NCBI GenBank assembly: GCA_964057225.1
Contig: OZ059896.1
Coordinates: 18,972,001 to 19,036,000, forward strand
From: Auanema rhodensis
Taxonomy: Eukaryota > Animalia > Nematoda
Length of the DNA: 64,000 nt
Reading direction: 5' to 3'
Below, piece by piece: positions 27,374-42,300 of the stretch. A program made the position numbers and the translations under genes. Under the pieces are notes generated by a model. The model was not told where the DNA came from, did no database searches, and saw nothing but the letters and a program-made list of their open reading frames with translations. Every line of letters starts with the position of its first letter. Within the stretch, counting starts at the first letter, position 1.

Positions 27374-30300
27374 CTTATATCAGTTGATATCTCGGTGCAT
27401 TTTTAAGCTAGCGCAAATCTCATAACACAGATCGACGCAGCTTAAAATTCCGCATCGAATGCACTATACTACATTGAGAAACGCTTAATACAAAAATTAG
27501 TTATGATCGTTTGAAAAATGATGCATTAGTGTATGTTGAGTTTCCATGTACACTCAACATTGCTTCCAAAAACATTTTGACAAAAATTTTTTCGAAAAAT
27601 TTCAAGATAATTTAGCGAAAAGTAGATGTTTTTAGATTCTTTTTTTCAAGGCAAAGACGATGGACAATGTTATTCAACGAAAAAATTAATTCTTCAGGGT
27701 GAAAATCGAGGATATAAGTGTGAACTTATATCAGTTGATATCTCGGTGCATTTTTAAGCTAGCGCAAATCTGATAACACAGATCGATGCAGCTTAAAAAT
27801 CCGCATCGAATGCATTATACTACATTGAGAAACGCTTAATACAAAAATTAGTTATGATCGTTTGAAAAATGATGCATTAGTGTATGTTGAGTTTCCATGT
27901 ACACTCAACATTGCTTCCAAAAACATTTTGACAAAAATTTTTTCGAAAATTTTCAGAATAATTTAGCAAAAAGTAGATGTTTTCAGATTCCTTTTTTCAA
28001 GGCAAAGACGATGGACAATGTTATTCAATGAAAAAATTAATTCTTCAGGGTGAAAATCGAGGATATAAGTGTGAACTTATATCAGTTGATATCTCGGTGC
28101 ATTTTTAAGCTAGCGCAAATCTGATAACACAGATCGACGCAGCTTAAAAATCCGCATCGAATGCACTATACTACATTGAGAAACGCTTAATACAAAAATT
28201 AGTTATGATCGTTTGAAAAATGATGCATTAGTGTATGTTGAGTTTACATGTACACTCAACATTGCTTCCAAAAACATTTTGACAAAAATTTTTTCGAAAA
28301 ATTTCAAAATAATTTAGCGAAAAGTAGATGTTTTTAGATTCTTTTTTTCAAGGCAAAGACGATGGACAATGTTATTCAACGAAAAAATTAATTCTTCAGG
28401 GTGAAAATCGAGGATATAAGTGTGAACTTATATCAGTTGATATCTCGGTGCATTTTTAAGCTAGCGCAAATCTCATAACACAGATCGACGCAGCTTAAAA
28501 ATCCGCATCGAATGCACTATACTACATTGAGAAACGCTTAATACAAAAATTAGTTATGATCGTTTGAAAAATGATGCATTAGTGTATGTTGAGTTTCCAT
28601 GTACACTCAACATTGCTTCCAAAAACATTTTGACAAACCTTTTTTCGAAAATTTTCAGAATAATTTAGCAAAAAGTAGATGTTTTCAGATTCCTTTTTTC
28701 AAGGCAAAGACGATGGACAATGTTATTCAACGAAAAAATTAATTCTTCAGGGTGAAAATCGAGGATATAAGTGTGAACTTATATCAGTTGATATCTCGGT
28801 GCATTTTTAAGCTAGCGCAAATCTGATAACACAGATCGATGCAGCTTAAAAATCCGCATCGAATGCATTATACTACATTGAGAAACGCTTAATACAAAAA
28901 TTAGTTATGATCGTTTGAAAAATGATGCATTAGTGTATGTTGAGTTTCCATGTACACTCAACATTGCTTCCAAAAACATTTTGACAAAAATTTTTTCGAA
29001 AATTTTCAGAATAATTTAGCAAAAAGTAGATGTTTTCAGATCCTTTTTTCAAGGCAAAGACGATGGACAATGTTATTCAACGAAAAAATTAATTCTTCAG
29101 GGTGAAAATCGAGGATATAAGTGTGAACTTATATCAGTTGATATCTCGGTGCATTTTTAAGCTAGCGCAAATCTCATAACACAGATCGATGCAGCTTAAA
29201 AATCCGCATCGAATGCACTATACTACATTGAGAAACGCTTAATACAAAAATTAGTTATGATCGTTTGAAAAATGATGCATTAGTGTATGTTGAGTTTCCA
29301 TGTACACTCAACATTGCTTCCAAAAACATTTTGACAAAAATTTTTTCGAAAATTTTCAGAATAATTTAGCAAAAAGTAGATGTTTTCAGATTCCTTTTTT
29401 CAAGGCAAAGACGATGGACAATGTTATTCAATGAAAAAATTAATTCTTCAGGGTGAAAATCGAGGATATAAGTGTGAACTTATATCAGTTGATATCTCGG
29501 TGCATTTTTAAGCTAGCGCAAATCTGATAACACAGATCGACGCAGCTTAAAAATCCGCATCGAATGCACTATACTACATTGAGAAACGCTTAATACAAAA
29601 ATTAGTTATGATCGTTTGAAAAATGATGCATTAGTGTATGTTGAGTTTCCATGTACACTCAACATTGCTTCCAAAAACATTTTGACAAAAATTTTTTCGA
29701 AAAATTTCAAGATAATTTAGCGAAAAGTAGATGTTTTTAGATTCTTTTTTTCAAGGCAAAGACGATGGACAATGTTATTCAACGAAAAAATTAATTCTTC
29801 AGGGTGAAAATCGAGGATATAAGTGTGAACTTATATCAGTTGATATCTCGGTGCATTTTTAAGCTAGCGCAAATCTCATAACACAGATCGACGCAGCTTA
29901 AAAATCCGCATCGAATGCACTATACTACATTGAGAAACGCTTAATACAAAAATTAGTTATGATCGTTTGAAAAATGATGCATTAGTGTATGTTGAGTTTC
30001 CATGTACACTCAACATTGCTTCCAAAAACATTTTGACAAAAATTTTTTCGAAAAATTTCAAGATAATTTAGCGAAAAGTAGATGTTTTTAGATTCTTTTT
30101 TTCAAGGCAAAGACGATGGACAATGTTATTCAACGAAAAAATTAATTCTTCAGGGTGAAAATCGAGGATATAAGTGTGAACTTATATCAGTTGATATCTC
30201 GGTGCATTTTTAAGCTAGCGCAAATCTGATAACACAGATCGATGCAGCTTAAAAATCCGCATCGAATGCATTATACTACATTGAGAAACGCTTAATACAA

Positions 30301-32285
30301 AAATTAGTTATGATCGTTTGAAAAATGATGCATTAGTGTATGTTGAGTTTCCATGTACACTCAACATTGCTTCCAAAAACATTTTGACAAAAATTTTTTC
30401 GAAAATTTTCAGAATAATTTAGCAAAAAGTAGATGTTTTCAGATTCCTTTTTTCAAGGCAAAGACGATGGACAATGTTATTCAATGAAAAAATTAATTCT
30501 TCAGGGTGAAAATCGAGGATATAAGTGTGAACTTATATCAGTTGATATCTCGGTGCATTTTTAAGCTAGCGCAAATCTGATAACACAGATCGACGCAGCT
30601 TAAAAATCCGCATCGAATGCACTATACTACATTGAGAAACGCTTAATACAAAAATTAGTTATGATCGTTTGAAAAATGATGCATTAGTGTATGTTGAGTT
30701 TACATGTACACTCAACATTGCTTCCAAAAACATTTTGACAAAAATTTTTTCGAAAAATTTCAAAATAATTTAGCGAAAAGTAGATGTTTTTAGATTCTTT
30801 TTTTCAAGGCAAAGACGATGGACAATGTTATTCAACGAAAAAATTAATTCTTCAGGGTGAAAATCGAGGATATAAGTGTGAACTTATATCAGTTGATATC
30901 TCGGTGCATTTTTAAGCTAGCGCAAATCTCATAACACAGATCGACGCAGCTTAAAAATCCGCATCGAATGCACTATACTACATTGAGAAACGCTTAATAC
31001 AAAAATTAGTTATGATCGTTTGAAAAATGATGCATTAGTGTATGTTGAGTTTCCATGTACACTCAACATTGCTTCCAAAAACATTTTGACAAACCTTTTT
31101 TCGAAAATTTTCAGAATAATTTAGCAAAAAGTAGATGTTTTCAGATTCCTTTTTTCAAGGCAAAGACGATGGACAATGTTATTCAACGAAAAAATTAATT
31201 CTTCAGGGTGAAAATCGAGGATATAAGTGTGAACTTATATCAGTTGATATCTCGGTGCATTTTTAAGCTAGCGCAAATCTGATAACACAGATCGATGCAG
31301 CTTAAAAATCCGCATCGAATGCATTATACTACATTGAGAAACGCTTAATACAAAAATTAGTTATGATCGTTTGAAAAATGATGCATTAGTGTATGTTGAG
31401 TTTCCATGTACACTCAACATTGCTTCCAAAAACATTTTGACAAAAATTTTTTCGAAAATTTTCAGAATAATTTAGCAAAAAGTAGATGTTTTCAGATCCT
31501 TTTTTCAAGGCAAAGACGATGGACAATGTTATTCAACGAAAAAATTAATTCTTCAGGGTGAAAATCGAGGATATAAGTGTGAACTTATATCAGTTGATAT
31601 CTCGGTGCATTTTTAAGCTAGCGCAAATCTCATAACACAGATCGATGCAGCTTAAAAATCCGCATCGAATGCACTATACTACATTGAGAAACGCTTAATA
31701 CAAAAATTAGTTATGATCGTTTGAAAAATGATGCATTAGTGTATGTTGAGTTTCCATGTACACTCAACATTGCTTCCAAAAACATTTTGACAAAAATTTT
31801 TTCGAAAATTTTCAGAATAATTTAGCAAAAAGTAGATGTTTTCAGATTCCTTTTTTCAAGGCAAAGACGATGGACAATGTTATTCAATGAAAAAATTAAT
31901 TCTTCAGGGTGAAAATCGAGGATATAAGTGTGAACTTATATCAGTTGATATCTCGGTGCATTTTTAAGCTAGCGCAAATCTGATAACACAGATCGACGCA
32001 GCTTAAAAATCCGCATCGAATGCACTATACTACATTGAGAAACGCTTAATACAAAAATTAGTTATGATCGTTTGAAAAATGATGCATTAGTGTATGTTGA
32101 GTTTCCATGTACACTCAACATTGCTTCCAAAAACATTTTGACAAAAATTTTTTCGAAAAATTTCAAGATAATTTAGCGAAAAGTAGATGTTTTTAGATTC
32201 TTTTTTTCAAGGCAAAGACGATGGACAATGTTATTCAACGAAAAAATTAATTCTTCAGGGTGAAAATCGAGGATATAAGTGTGAA
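27374..32285. repeat. Higher-order repeat, 7-mer (2456 bp, includes one 350-bp monomer) x2
   Basis: The GACAAACC variant is at 28638 and 31094, and the CAGATCC deletion at ~29041 and ~31497. The order of monomer types is the same in both copies. Confidence 0.9.
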
Positions 32286-33338
32286 CTTATATCAGTTGAT
32301 ATCTCGGTGCATTTTTAAGCTAGCGCAAATCTCATAACACAGATCGACGCAGCTTAAAAATCCGCATCGAATGCACTATACTACATTGAGAAACGCTTAA
32401 TACAAAAATTAGTCATGATCGTTTGAAAAATGATGCATTAGTGTATGTTGAGTTTCCATGTACACTCAACATTGCTTCCAAAAACATTTTGACAAAAATT
32501 TTTTCGAAACTTTTCAGAATAATTTAGCAAAAAGTAGATGTTTTCAGATTCCTTTTTTCAAGGCAAAGACGATGGACAATGTTATTCAACAAAAAAATTA
32601 GTTCTTCAGGGTGAAAATCGAGTATATAAGTGTGAACTTATATCAGTTGATATCTCGGTGCATTTTTAAGCTAGCGCAAATCTCATAACACAGATCGACG
32701 CAGCTTAAAAATCCGCATCGAATGCACTATACTACATTGAGAAACGCTTAATACAAAAATTAGTTATGATCGTTTGAAAAATGATGCATTAGTGTATGTT
32801 GAGTTTCCATGTACACTCAACATTGCTTCCAAAAACATTTTGACAAAAATTTTTTCGAAAAATTTCAAGATAATTTAGCGAAAAGTAGATGTTTTTAGAT
32901 TCTTTTTTTCAAGGCAAAGACGATGGACAATGTTATTCAACGAAAAAATTAATTCTTCAGGGTGAAAATCGAGGATATAAGTGTGAACTTATATCAGTTG
33001 ATATCTCGGTGCATTTTTAAGCTAGCGCAAATCTCATAACACAGATCGACGCAGCTTAAAAATCCGCATCGAATGCACTATACTACATTGAGAAACGCTT
33101 AATACAAAAATTAGTTATGATCGTTTGAAAAATGATGCATTAGTGTATGTTGAGTTTCCATGTACACTCAACATTGCTTCCAAAAACATTTTGACAAAAA
33201 TTTTTTCGAAAAATTTCAAGATAATTTAGCGAAAAGTAGATGTTTTTAGATTCTTTTTTTCAAGGCAAAGACGATGGACAATGTTATTCAACGAAAAAAT
33301 TAATTCTTCAGGGTGAAAATCGAGGATATAAGTGTGAA

Positions 33339-36300
33339 CTTATATCAGTTGATATCTCGGTGCATTTTTAAGCTAGCGCAAATCTGATAACACAGATCGA
33401 CGCAGCTTAAAAATCCGCATCGAATGCACTATACTACATTGAGAAACGCTTAATACAAAAATTAGTTATGATCGTTTGAAAAATGATGCATTAGTGTATG
33501 TTGAGTTTCCATGTACACTCAACATTGCTTCCAAAAACATTTTGACAAAAATTTTTTCGAAAAATTTCAAAATAATTTAGCAAAAAGTAGATGTTTTTAG
33601 ATTCCTTTTTTCAAGGCAAAGACGATGGACAATGTTATTCAACGAAAAAATTAATTCTTCAGGGTGAAAATCGAGGATATAAGTGTGAACTTATATCAGT
33701 TGATATCTCGGTGCATTTTTAAGCTAGCGCAAATCTGATAACACAGATCGATGCAGCTTAAAAATCCGCATCGAATGCACTATACTACATTAAGAAACGC
33801 TTAATACAAAAATTAGTTATGATCGTTTGAAAAATGATGCATTAGTGTATGTTGAGTTTCCATGTACACTCAACATTGCTTCCAAAAACAATTTGACAAA
33901 AATTTTTTCGAAAAATTTCAAAATAATTTAGCAAAAAGTAGATGTTTTTAGATTCCTTTTTTCAAGGCAAAGACGATGGACAATGTTATTCAATGAAAAA
34001 ATTAATTCTTCAGGGTGAAAATCGAGGATATAAGTGTGAACTTATATCAGTTGATATCTCGGTGCATTTTTAAGCTAGCGCAAATCTCATAACACAGATC
34101 GACGCAGCTTAAAAATCCGCATCGAATGCACTATACTACATTGAGAAACGCTTAATACAAAAATTAGTTATGATCGTTTGAAAAATGATGCATTAGTGTA
34201 TGTTGAGTTTCCATGTACACTCAACATTGCTTCCAAAAACATTTTGACAAAAATTTTTTCGAAAAATTTCAAAATAATTTAGCAAAAAGTAGATGTTTTT
34301 AGATTCCTTTTTTCAAGGCAAAGACGATGGACAATGTTATTCAACGAAAAAATTAATTCTTCAGGGTGAAAATCGAGGATATAAGTGTGAACTTATATCA
34401 GTTGATATCTCGGTGCATTTTTAAGCTAGCGCAAATCTGATAACACAGATCGATGCAGCTTAAAAATCCGCATCGAATGCACTATACTACATTAAGAAAC
34501 GCTTAATACAAAAATTAGTTATGATCGTTTGAAAAATGATGCATTAGTGTATGTTGAGTTTCCATGTACACTCAACATTGCTTCCAAAAACAATTTGACA
34601 AAAATTTTTTCGAAAAATTTCAAAATAATTTAGCAAAAAGTAGATGTTTTTAGATTCCTTTTTTCAAGGCAAAGACGATGGACAATGTTATTCAATGAAA
34701 AAATTAATTCTTCAGGGTGAAAATCGAGGATATAAATGTGAACTTATATCAGTTGATATCTCGGTGCATTTTTAAGCTAGCGCAAATCTCATAACACAGA
34801 TCGACGCAGCCTAAAAATCCGCATCGAATGCACTATACTACATTGAGAAACGCTTAATACAAAAATTAGTTATGATCGTTTGAAAAATGATGCATTAGTG
34901 TATGTTGAGTTTCCATGTACACTCAACATTGCTTCCAAAAACATTTTGACAAAAATTTTTTCGAAAAATTTCAAAATAATTTAGCAAAAAGTAGATGTTT
35001 TTAGATTCCTTTTTTCAAGGCAAAGACGATGGACAATGTTATTCAATGAAAAAATTAATTCTTCAGGGTGAAAATCGAGGATATAAGTGTGAACTTATAT
35101 CAGTTGATATCTCGGTGCATTTTTAAGCTAGCGCAAATCTCATAACACAGATCGACGCAGCTTAAAAATCCGCATCGAATGCACTTTACTACATTGAGAA
35201 ACGCTTAATACAAAAATTAGTCATGATCGTTTGAAAAATGATGCATTAGTGTATGTTGAGTTTCCATGTACACTCAACATTGCTTCCAAAAACATTTTGA
35301 CAAAAATTTTTTCGAAAATTTTCAGAATAATTTAGCAAAAAGTAGATGTTTTCAGATTCCTTTTTTCAAGGCAAAGACGATGGACAATGTTATTCAATGA
35401 AAAAATTAATTCTTCAGGGTGAAAATCGAGGATATAAGTGTGAACTTATATCAGTTGATATCTCGGTGCATTTTTAAGCTAGCGCAAATCTCATAACACA
35501 GATCGACGCAGCTTAAAAATCCGCATCGAATGCACTATACTACATTGAGAAACGCTTAATACAAAAATTAGTTATGATCGTTTGAAAAATGATGCATTAG
35601 TGTATGTTGAGTTTCCATGTACACTCAACATTGCTTCCAAAAACATTTTGACAAAAATTTTTTCGAAACATTTCAAAATAATTTAGCAAAAAGTAGATGT
35701 TTTTAGATTCCTTTTTACAAGGCAAAGACGATGGACAATGTTATTCAATGAAAAAATTAATTCTTCAGGGTGAAAATCGAGGATATAAGTGTGAACTTAT
35801 ATCAGTTGATATCTCGGTGCATTTTTAAGCTAGCGCAAATCTCATAACACAGATCGACGCAGCTTAAAAATCCGCATCGAATGCACTATACTACATTGAG
35901 AAACGCTTAATACAAAAATTAGTTATGATCGTTTGAAAAATGATGCATTAGTGTATGTTGAGTTTCCATGTACACTCAACATTGCTTCCAAAAACATTTT
36001 GACAAAAATTTTTTCGAAAAATTTCAAAATAATTTAGCAAAAAGTAGATGTTTTTAGATTCCTTTTTTCAAGGCAAAGACGATGGACAATGTTATTCAAT
36101 GAAAAAATTAATTCTTCAGGGTGAAAATCGAGGATATAAGTGTGAACTTATATCAGTTGATATCTCGGTGCATTTTTAAGCTAGCGCAAATCTCATAACA
36201 CAGATCGACGCAGCTTAAAAATCCGCATCGAATGCACTTTACTACATTGAGAAACGCTTAATACAAAAATTAGTCATGATCGTTTGAAAAATGATGCATT

Positions 36301-39300
36301 AGTGTATGTTGAGTTTCCATGTACACTCAACATTGCTTCCAAAAACATTTTGACAAAAATTTTTTCGAAAATTTTCAGAATAATTTAGCAAAAAGTAGAT
36401 GTTTTCAGATTCCTTTTTTCAAGGCAAAGACGATGGACAATGTTATTCAATGAAAAAATTAATTCTTCAGGGTGAAAATCGAGGATATAAGTGTGAACTT
36501 ATATCAGTTGATATCTCGGTGCATTTTTAAGCTAGCGCAAATCTCATAACACAGATCGACGCAGCTTAAAAATCCGCATCGAATGCACTATACTACATTG
36601 AGAAACGCTTAATACAAAAATTAGTTATGATCGTTTGAAAAATGATGCATTAGTGTATGTTGAGTTTCCATGTACACTCAACATTGCTTCCAAAAACATT
36701 TTGACAAAAATTTTTTCGAAAAGTTTCAAGATAATTTAGCGAAAAGTAGATGTTTTTAGATTCCTTTTTTCAAGGCAAAGACGATGGACAATGATATTCA
36801 ACGAAAAAATTAATTCTTCAGGGTGAAAATCGAGGATATAAGTGTGAACTTATATCAGTTGATATCTCGGTGCATTTTTAAGCTAGCGCAAATCTCATAA
36901 CACAGATCGACGCAGCTTAAAAATCCACATCGAATGCACTATACTACATTGAGAAACGCTTAATACAAAAATTAGTTATGATCGTTTGAAAAATGATGCA
37001 TTAGTGTATGTTGAGTTTCCATGTACACTCAACATTGCTTCCAAAAACATTTTGACAAAAATTTTTTCGAAAAGTTTCAAGATAATTTAGCGAAAAGTAG
37101 ATGTTTTTAGATTCCTTTTTTCAAGGCAAAGACGATGGACAATGATATTCAACGAAAAAATTAATTCTTCAGGGTGAAAATCGAGGATATAAGTGTGAAC
37201 TTATATCAGTTGATATCTCGGTGCATTTTTAAGCTAGCGCAAATCTCATAACACAGATCGACGCAGCTTAAAAATCCACATCGAATGCACTATACTACAT
37301 TGAGAAACGCTTAATACAAAAATTAGTTATGATCGTTTGAAAAATGATGCATTAGTGTATGTTGAGTTTCTATGTACACTCAACATTGCTTCCAAAAACA
37401 TTTTGACAAAAATTTTTTCGAAAAATTTCAAAATAATTTAGCGAAAAGTAGATGTTTTTAGATTCTTTTTTTCAAGGCAAAGACGATGGACAATGTTATT
37501 CAACGAAAAAATTAATTCTTCAGGGTGAAAATCGATGATATAAGTGTGAACTTATATCAGTTGATATCTCGGTGCATTTTTAAGCTAGCGCAAATCTGAT
37601 AACACAGATCGATGCAGCTTAAAAATCCGCATCGAATGCACTATACTACATTGAGAAACGCTTAATACAAAAATTAGTTATGATCGTTTGAAAAATGATG
37701 CATTAGTGTATGTTGAGTTTCCATGTACACTCAACATTGCTTCAAAAAACATTTTGACAAAAATTTTTTCGAAAAATTTCAAAATAATTTAGCAAAAAGT
37801 AGATGTTTTCAGATTCCTTTTTTCAAGGCAAAGACGATGGACAATGTTATTCAACGAAAAAATTAATTCTTCAGGGTGAAAATCGAGGATATAAGTGTGA
37901 ACTTATATCAGTTGATATCTCGGTGCATTTTTAAGCTAGCGCAAATCTCATAACACAGATCGACGCAGCTTAAAAATCCGCATCGAATGCACTATACTAC
38001 ATTGAGAAACGCTTAATACGAAAATTAGTTATGATCGTTTGAAAAATGATGCATTAGTGTATGTTGAGTTTCCATGTACACTCAACATTGCTTCCAAAAA
38101 CATTTTGACAAAAATTTTTTCGAAAAGTTTCAAGATAATTTAGCGAAAAGTAGATGTTTTTAGATTCCTTTTTTCAAGGCAAAGACGATGGACAATGATA
38201 TTCAACGAAAAAATTAATTCTTCAGGGTGAAAATCGAGGATATAAGTGTGAACTTATATCAGTTGATATCTCGGTGCATTTTTAAGCTAGCGCAAATCTC
38301 ATAACACAGATCGACGCAGCTTAAAAATCCGCATCGAATGCACTATACTACATTGAGAAACGCTTAATACAAAAATTAGTTATGATCGTTTGAAAAATGA
38401 TGCATTAGTGTATGTTGAGTTTCCATGTACACTCAACATTGCTTCCAAAAACATTTTGACAAAAATTTTTTCGAAAATTTTCAGAATAATTTAGCAAAAA
38501 GTAGATGTTTTCAGATTCCTTTTTTCAAGGCAAAGACGATGGACAATGTTATTTAACGAAAAAATTAATTCTTCAGGGTGAAAATCGAGGATATAAGTGT
38601 GAACTTATATCAGTTGATATCTCGGTGCATTTTTAAGCTAGCGCAAATCTGATAACACAGATCGACGCAGCTTAAAAATCCGCATCGAATGCACTATACT
38701 ACATTGAGAAACGCTTAATACAAAAATTAGTTATGATCGTTTGAAAAATGATGCATTAGTGTATGTTGAGTTTCTATGTACACTCAACATTGCTTCCAAA
38801 AACATTTTGACAAAAATTTTTTCGAAAAATTTCAAAATAATTTAGCAAAAAGTAGATGTTTTTAGATTCCTTTTTTCAAGGCAAAGACGATGGACAATGT
38901 TATTCAACGAAAAAATTAATTCTTCAGGGTGAAAATCGAGGATATAAGTGTGAACTTATATCAGTTGATATCTCGGTGCATTTTTAAGCTAGCGCAAATC
39001 TGATAACACAGATCGATGCAGCTTAAAAATCCGCATCGAATGCACTATACTACATTAAGAAACGCTTAATACAAAAATTAGTTATGATCGTTTGAAAAAT
39101 GATGCATTAGTGTATGTTGAGTTTCCATGTACACTCAACATTGCTTCCAAAAACAATTTGACAAAAATTTTTTCGAAAAATTTCAAAATAATTTAGCAAA
39201 AAGTAGATGTTTTTAGATTCCTTTTTTCAAGGCAAAGACGATGGACAATGTTATTCAATGAAAAAATTAATTCTTCAGGGTGAAAATCGAGGATATAAGT

Positions 39301-42300
39301 GTGAACTTATATCAGTTGATATCTCGGTGCATTTTTAAGCTAGCGCAAATCTCATAACACAGATCGACGCAGCTTAAAAATCCGCATCGAATGCACTATA
39401 CTACATTGAGAAACGCTTAATACAAAAATTAGTTATGATCGTTTGAAAAATGATGCATTAGTGTATGTTGAGTTTCCATGTACACTCAACATTGCTTCCA
39501 AAAACATTTTGACAAAAATTTTTTCGAAAAATTTCAAAATAATTTAGCAAAAAGTAGATGTTTTTAGATTCCTTTTTTCAAGGCAAAGACGATGGACAAT
39601 GTTATTCAACGAAAAAATTAATTCTTCAGGGTGAAAATCGAGGATATAAGTGTGAACTTATATCAGTTGATATCTCGGTGCATTTTTAAGCTAGCGCAAA
39701 TCTGATAACACAGATCGATGCAGCTTAAAAATCCGCATCGAATGCACTATACTACATTAAGAAACGCTTAATACAAAAATTAGTTATGATCGTTTGAAAA
39801 ATGATGCATTAGTGTATGTTGAGTTTCCATGTACACTCAACATTGCTTCCAAAAACAATTTGACAAAAATTTTTTCGAAAAATTTCAAAATAATTTAGCA
39901 AAAAGTAGATGTTTTTAGATTCCTTTTTTCAAGGCAAAGACGATGGACAATGTTATTCAATGAAAAAATTAATTCTTCAGGGTGAAAATCGAGGATATAA
40001 ATGTGAACTTATATCAGTTGATATCTCGGTGCATTTTTAAGCTAGCGCAAATCTCATAACACAGATCGACGCAGCTTAAAAATCCGCATCGAATGCACTA
40101 TACTACATTGAGAAACGCTTAATACAAAAATTAGTTATGATCGTTTGAAAAATGATGCATTAGTGTATGTTGAGTTTCCATGTACACTCAACATTGCTTC
40201 CAAAAACATTTTGACAAAAATTTTTTCGAAAAATTTCAAAATAATTTAGCAAAAAGTAGATGTTTTTAGATTCCTTTTTTCAAGGCAAAGACGATGGACA
40301 ATGTTATTCAATGAAAAAATTAATTCTTCAGGGTGAAAATCGAGGATATAAGTGTGAACTTATATCAGTTGATATCTCGGTGCATTTTTAAGCTAGCGCA
40401 AATCTCATAACACAGATCGACGCAGCTTAAAAATCCGCATCGAATGCACTTTACTACATTGAGAAACGCTTAATACAAAAATTAGTCATGATCGTTTGAA
40501 AAATGATGCATTAGTGTATGTTGAGTTTCCATGTACACTCAACATTGCTTCCAAAAACATTTTGACAAAAATTTTTTCGAAAATTTTCAGAATAATTTAG
40601 CAAAAAGTAGATGTTTTCAGATTCCTTTTTTCAAGGCAAAGACGATGGACAATGTTATTCAATGAAAAAATTAATTCTTCAGGGTGAAAATCGAGGATAT
40701 AAGTGTGAACTTATATCAGTTGATATCTCGGTGCATTTTTAAGCTAGCGCAAATCTCATAACACAGATCGACGCAGCTTAAAAATCCGCATCGAATGCAC
40801 TATACTACATTGAGAAACGCTTAATACAAAAATTAGTTATGATCGTTTGAAAAATGATGCATTAGTGTATGTTGAGTTTCCATGTACACTCAACATTGCT
40901 TCCAAAAACATTTTGACAAAAATTTTTTCGAAACATTTCAAAATAATTTAGCAAAAAGTAGATGTTTTTAGATTCCTTTTTTCAAGGCAAAGACGATGGA
41001 CAATGTTATTCAATGAAAAAATTAATTCTTCAGGGTGAAAATCGAGGATATAAGTGTGAACTTATATCAGTTGATATCTCGGTGCATTTTTAAGCTAGCG
41101 CAAATCTCATAACACAGATCGACGCAGCTTAAAAATCCGCATCGAATGCACTATACTACATTGAGAAACGCTTAATACAAAAATTAGTTATGATCGTTTG
41201 AAAAATGATGCATTAGTGTATGTTGAGTTTCCATGTACACTCAACATTGCTTCCAAAAACATTTTGACAAAAATTTTTTCGAAAAATTTCAAAATAATTT
41301 AGCAAAAAGTAGATGTTTTTAGATTCCTTTTTTCAAGGCAAAGACGATGGACAATGTTATTCAATGAAAAAATTAATTCTTCAGGGTGAAAATCGAGGAT
41401 ATAAGTGTGAACTTATATCAGTTGATATCTCGGTGCATTTTTAAGCTAGCGCAAATCTCATAACACAGATCGACGCAGCTTAAAAATCCGCATCGAATGC
41501 ACTTTACTACATTGAGAAACGCTTAATACAAAAATTAGTCATGATCGTTTGAAAAATGATGCATTAGTGTATGTTGAGTTTCCATGTACACTCAACATTG
41601 CTTCCAAAAACATTTTGACAAAAATTTTTTCGAAAATTTTCAGAATAATTTAGCAAAAAGTAGATGTTTTCAGATTCCTTTTTTTAAGGCAAAGACGATG
41701 GACAATGTTATTCAATGAAAAAATTAATTCTTCAGGGTGAAAATCGAGGATATAAGTGTGAACTTATATCAGTTGATATCTCGGTGCATTTTTAAGCTAG
41801 CGCAAATCTCATAACACAGATCGACGCAGCTTAAAAATCCGCATCGAATGCACTATACTACATTGAGAAACGCTTAATACAAAAATTAGTTATGATCGTT
41901 TGAAAAATGATGCATTAGTGTATGTTGAGTTTCCATGTACACTCAACATTGCTTCCAAAAACATTTTGACAAAAATTTTTTCGAAACATTTCAAAATAAT
42001 TTAGCAAAAAGTAGATGTTTTTAGATTCCTTTCTTCAAGGCAAAGACGATGGACAATGTTATTCAATGAAAAAATTAATTCTTCAGGGTGAAAATCGAGG
42101 ATATAAGTGTGAACTTATATCAGTTGATATCTCGGTGCATTTTTAAGCTAGCGCAAATCTGATAACACAGATCGACGCAGCTTAAAAATCCGCATCGAAT
42201 GCACTATACTACATTGAGAAACGCTTAATACGAAAATTAGTTATGATCGTTTGAAAAATGATGCATTAGTGTATGTTGAGTTTCCATGTACACTCAACAT

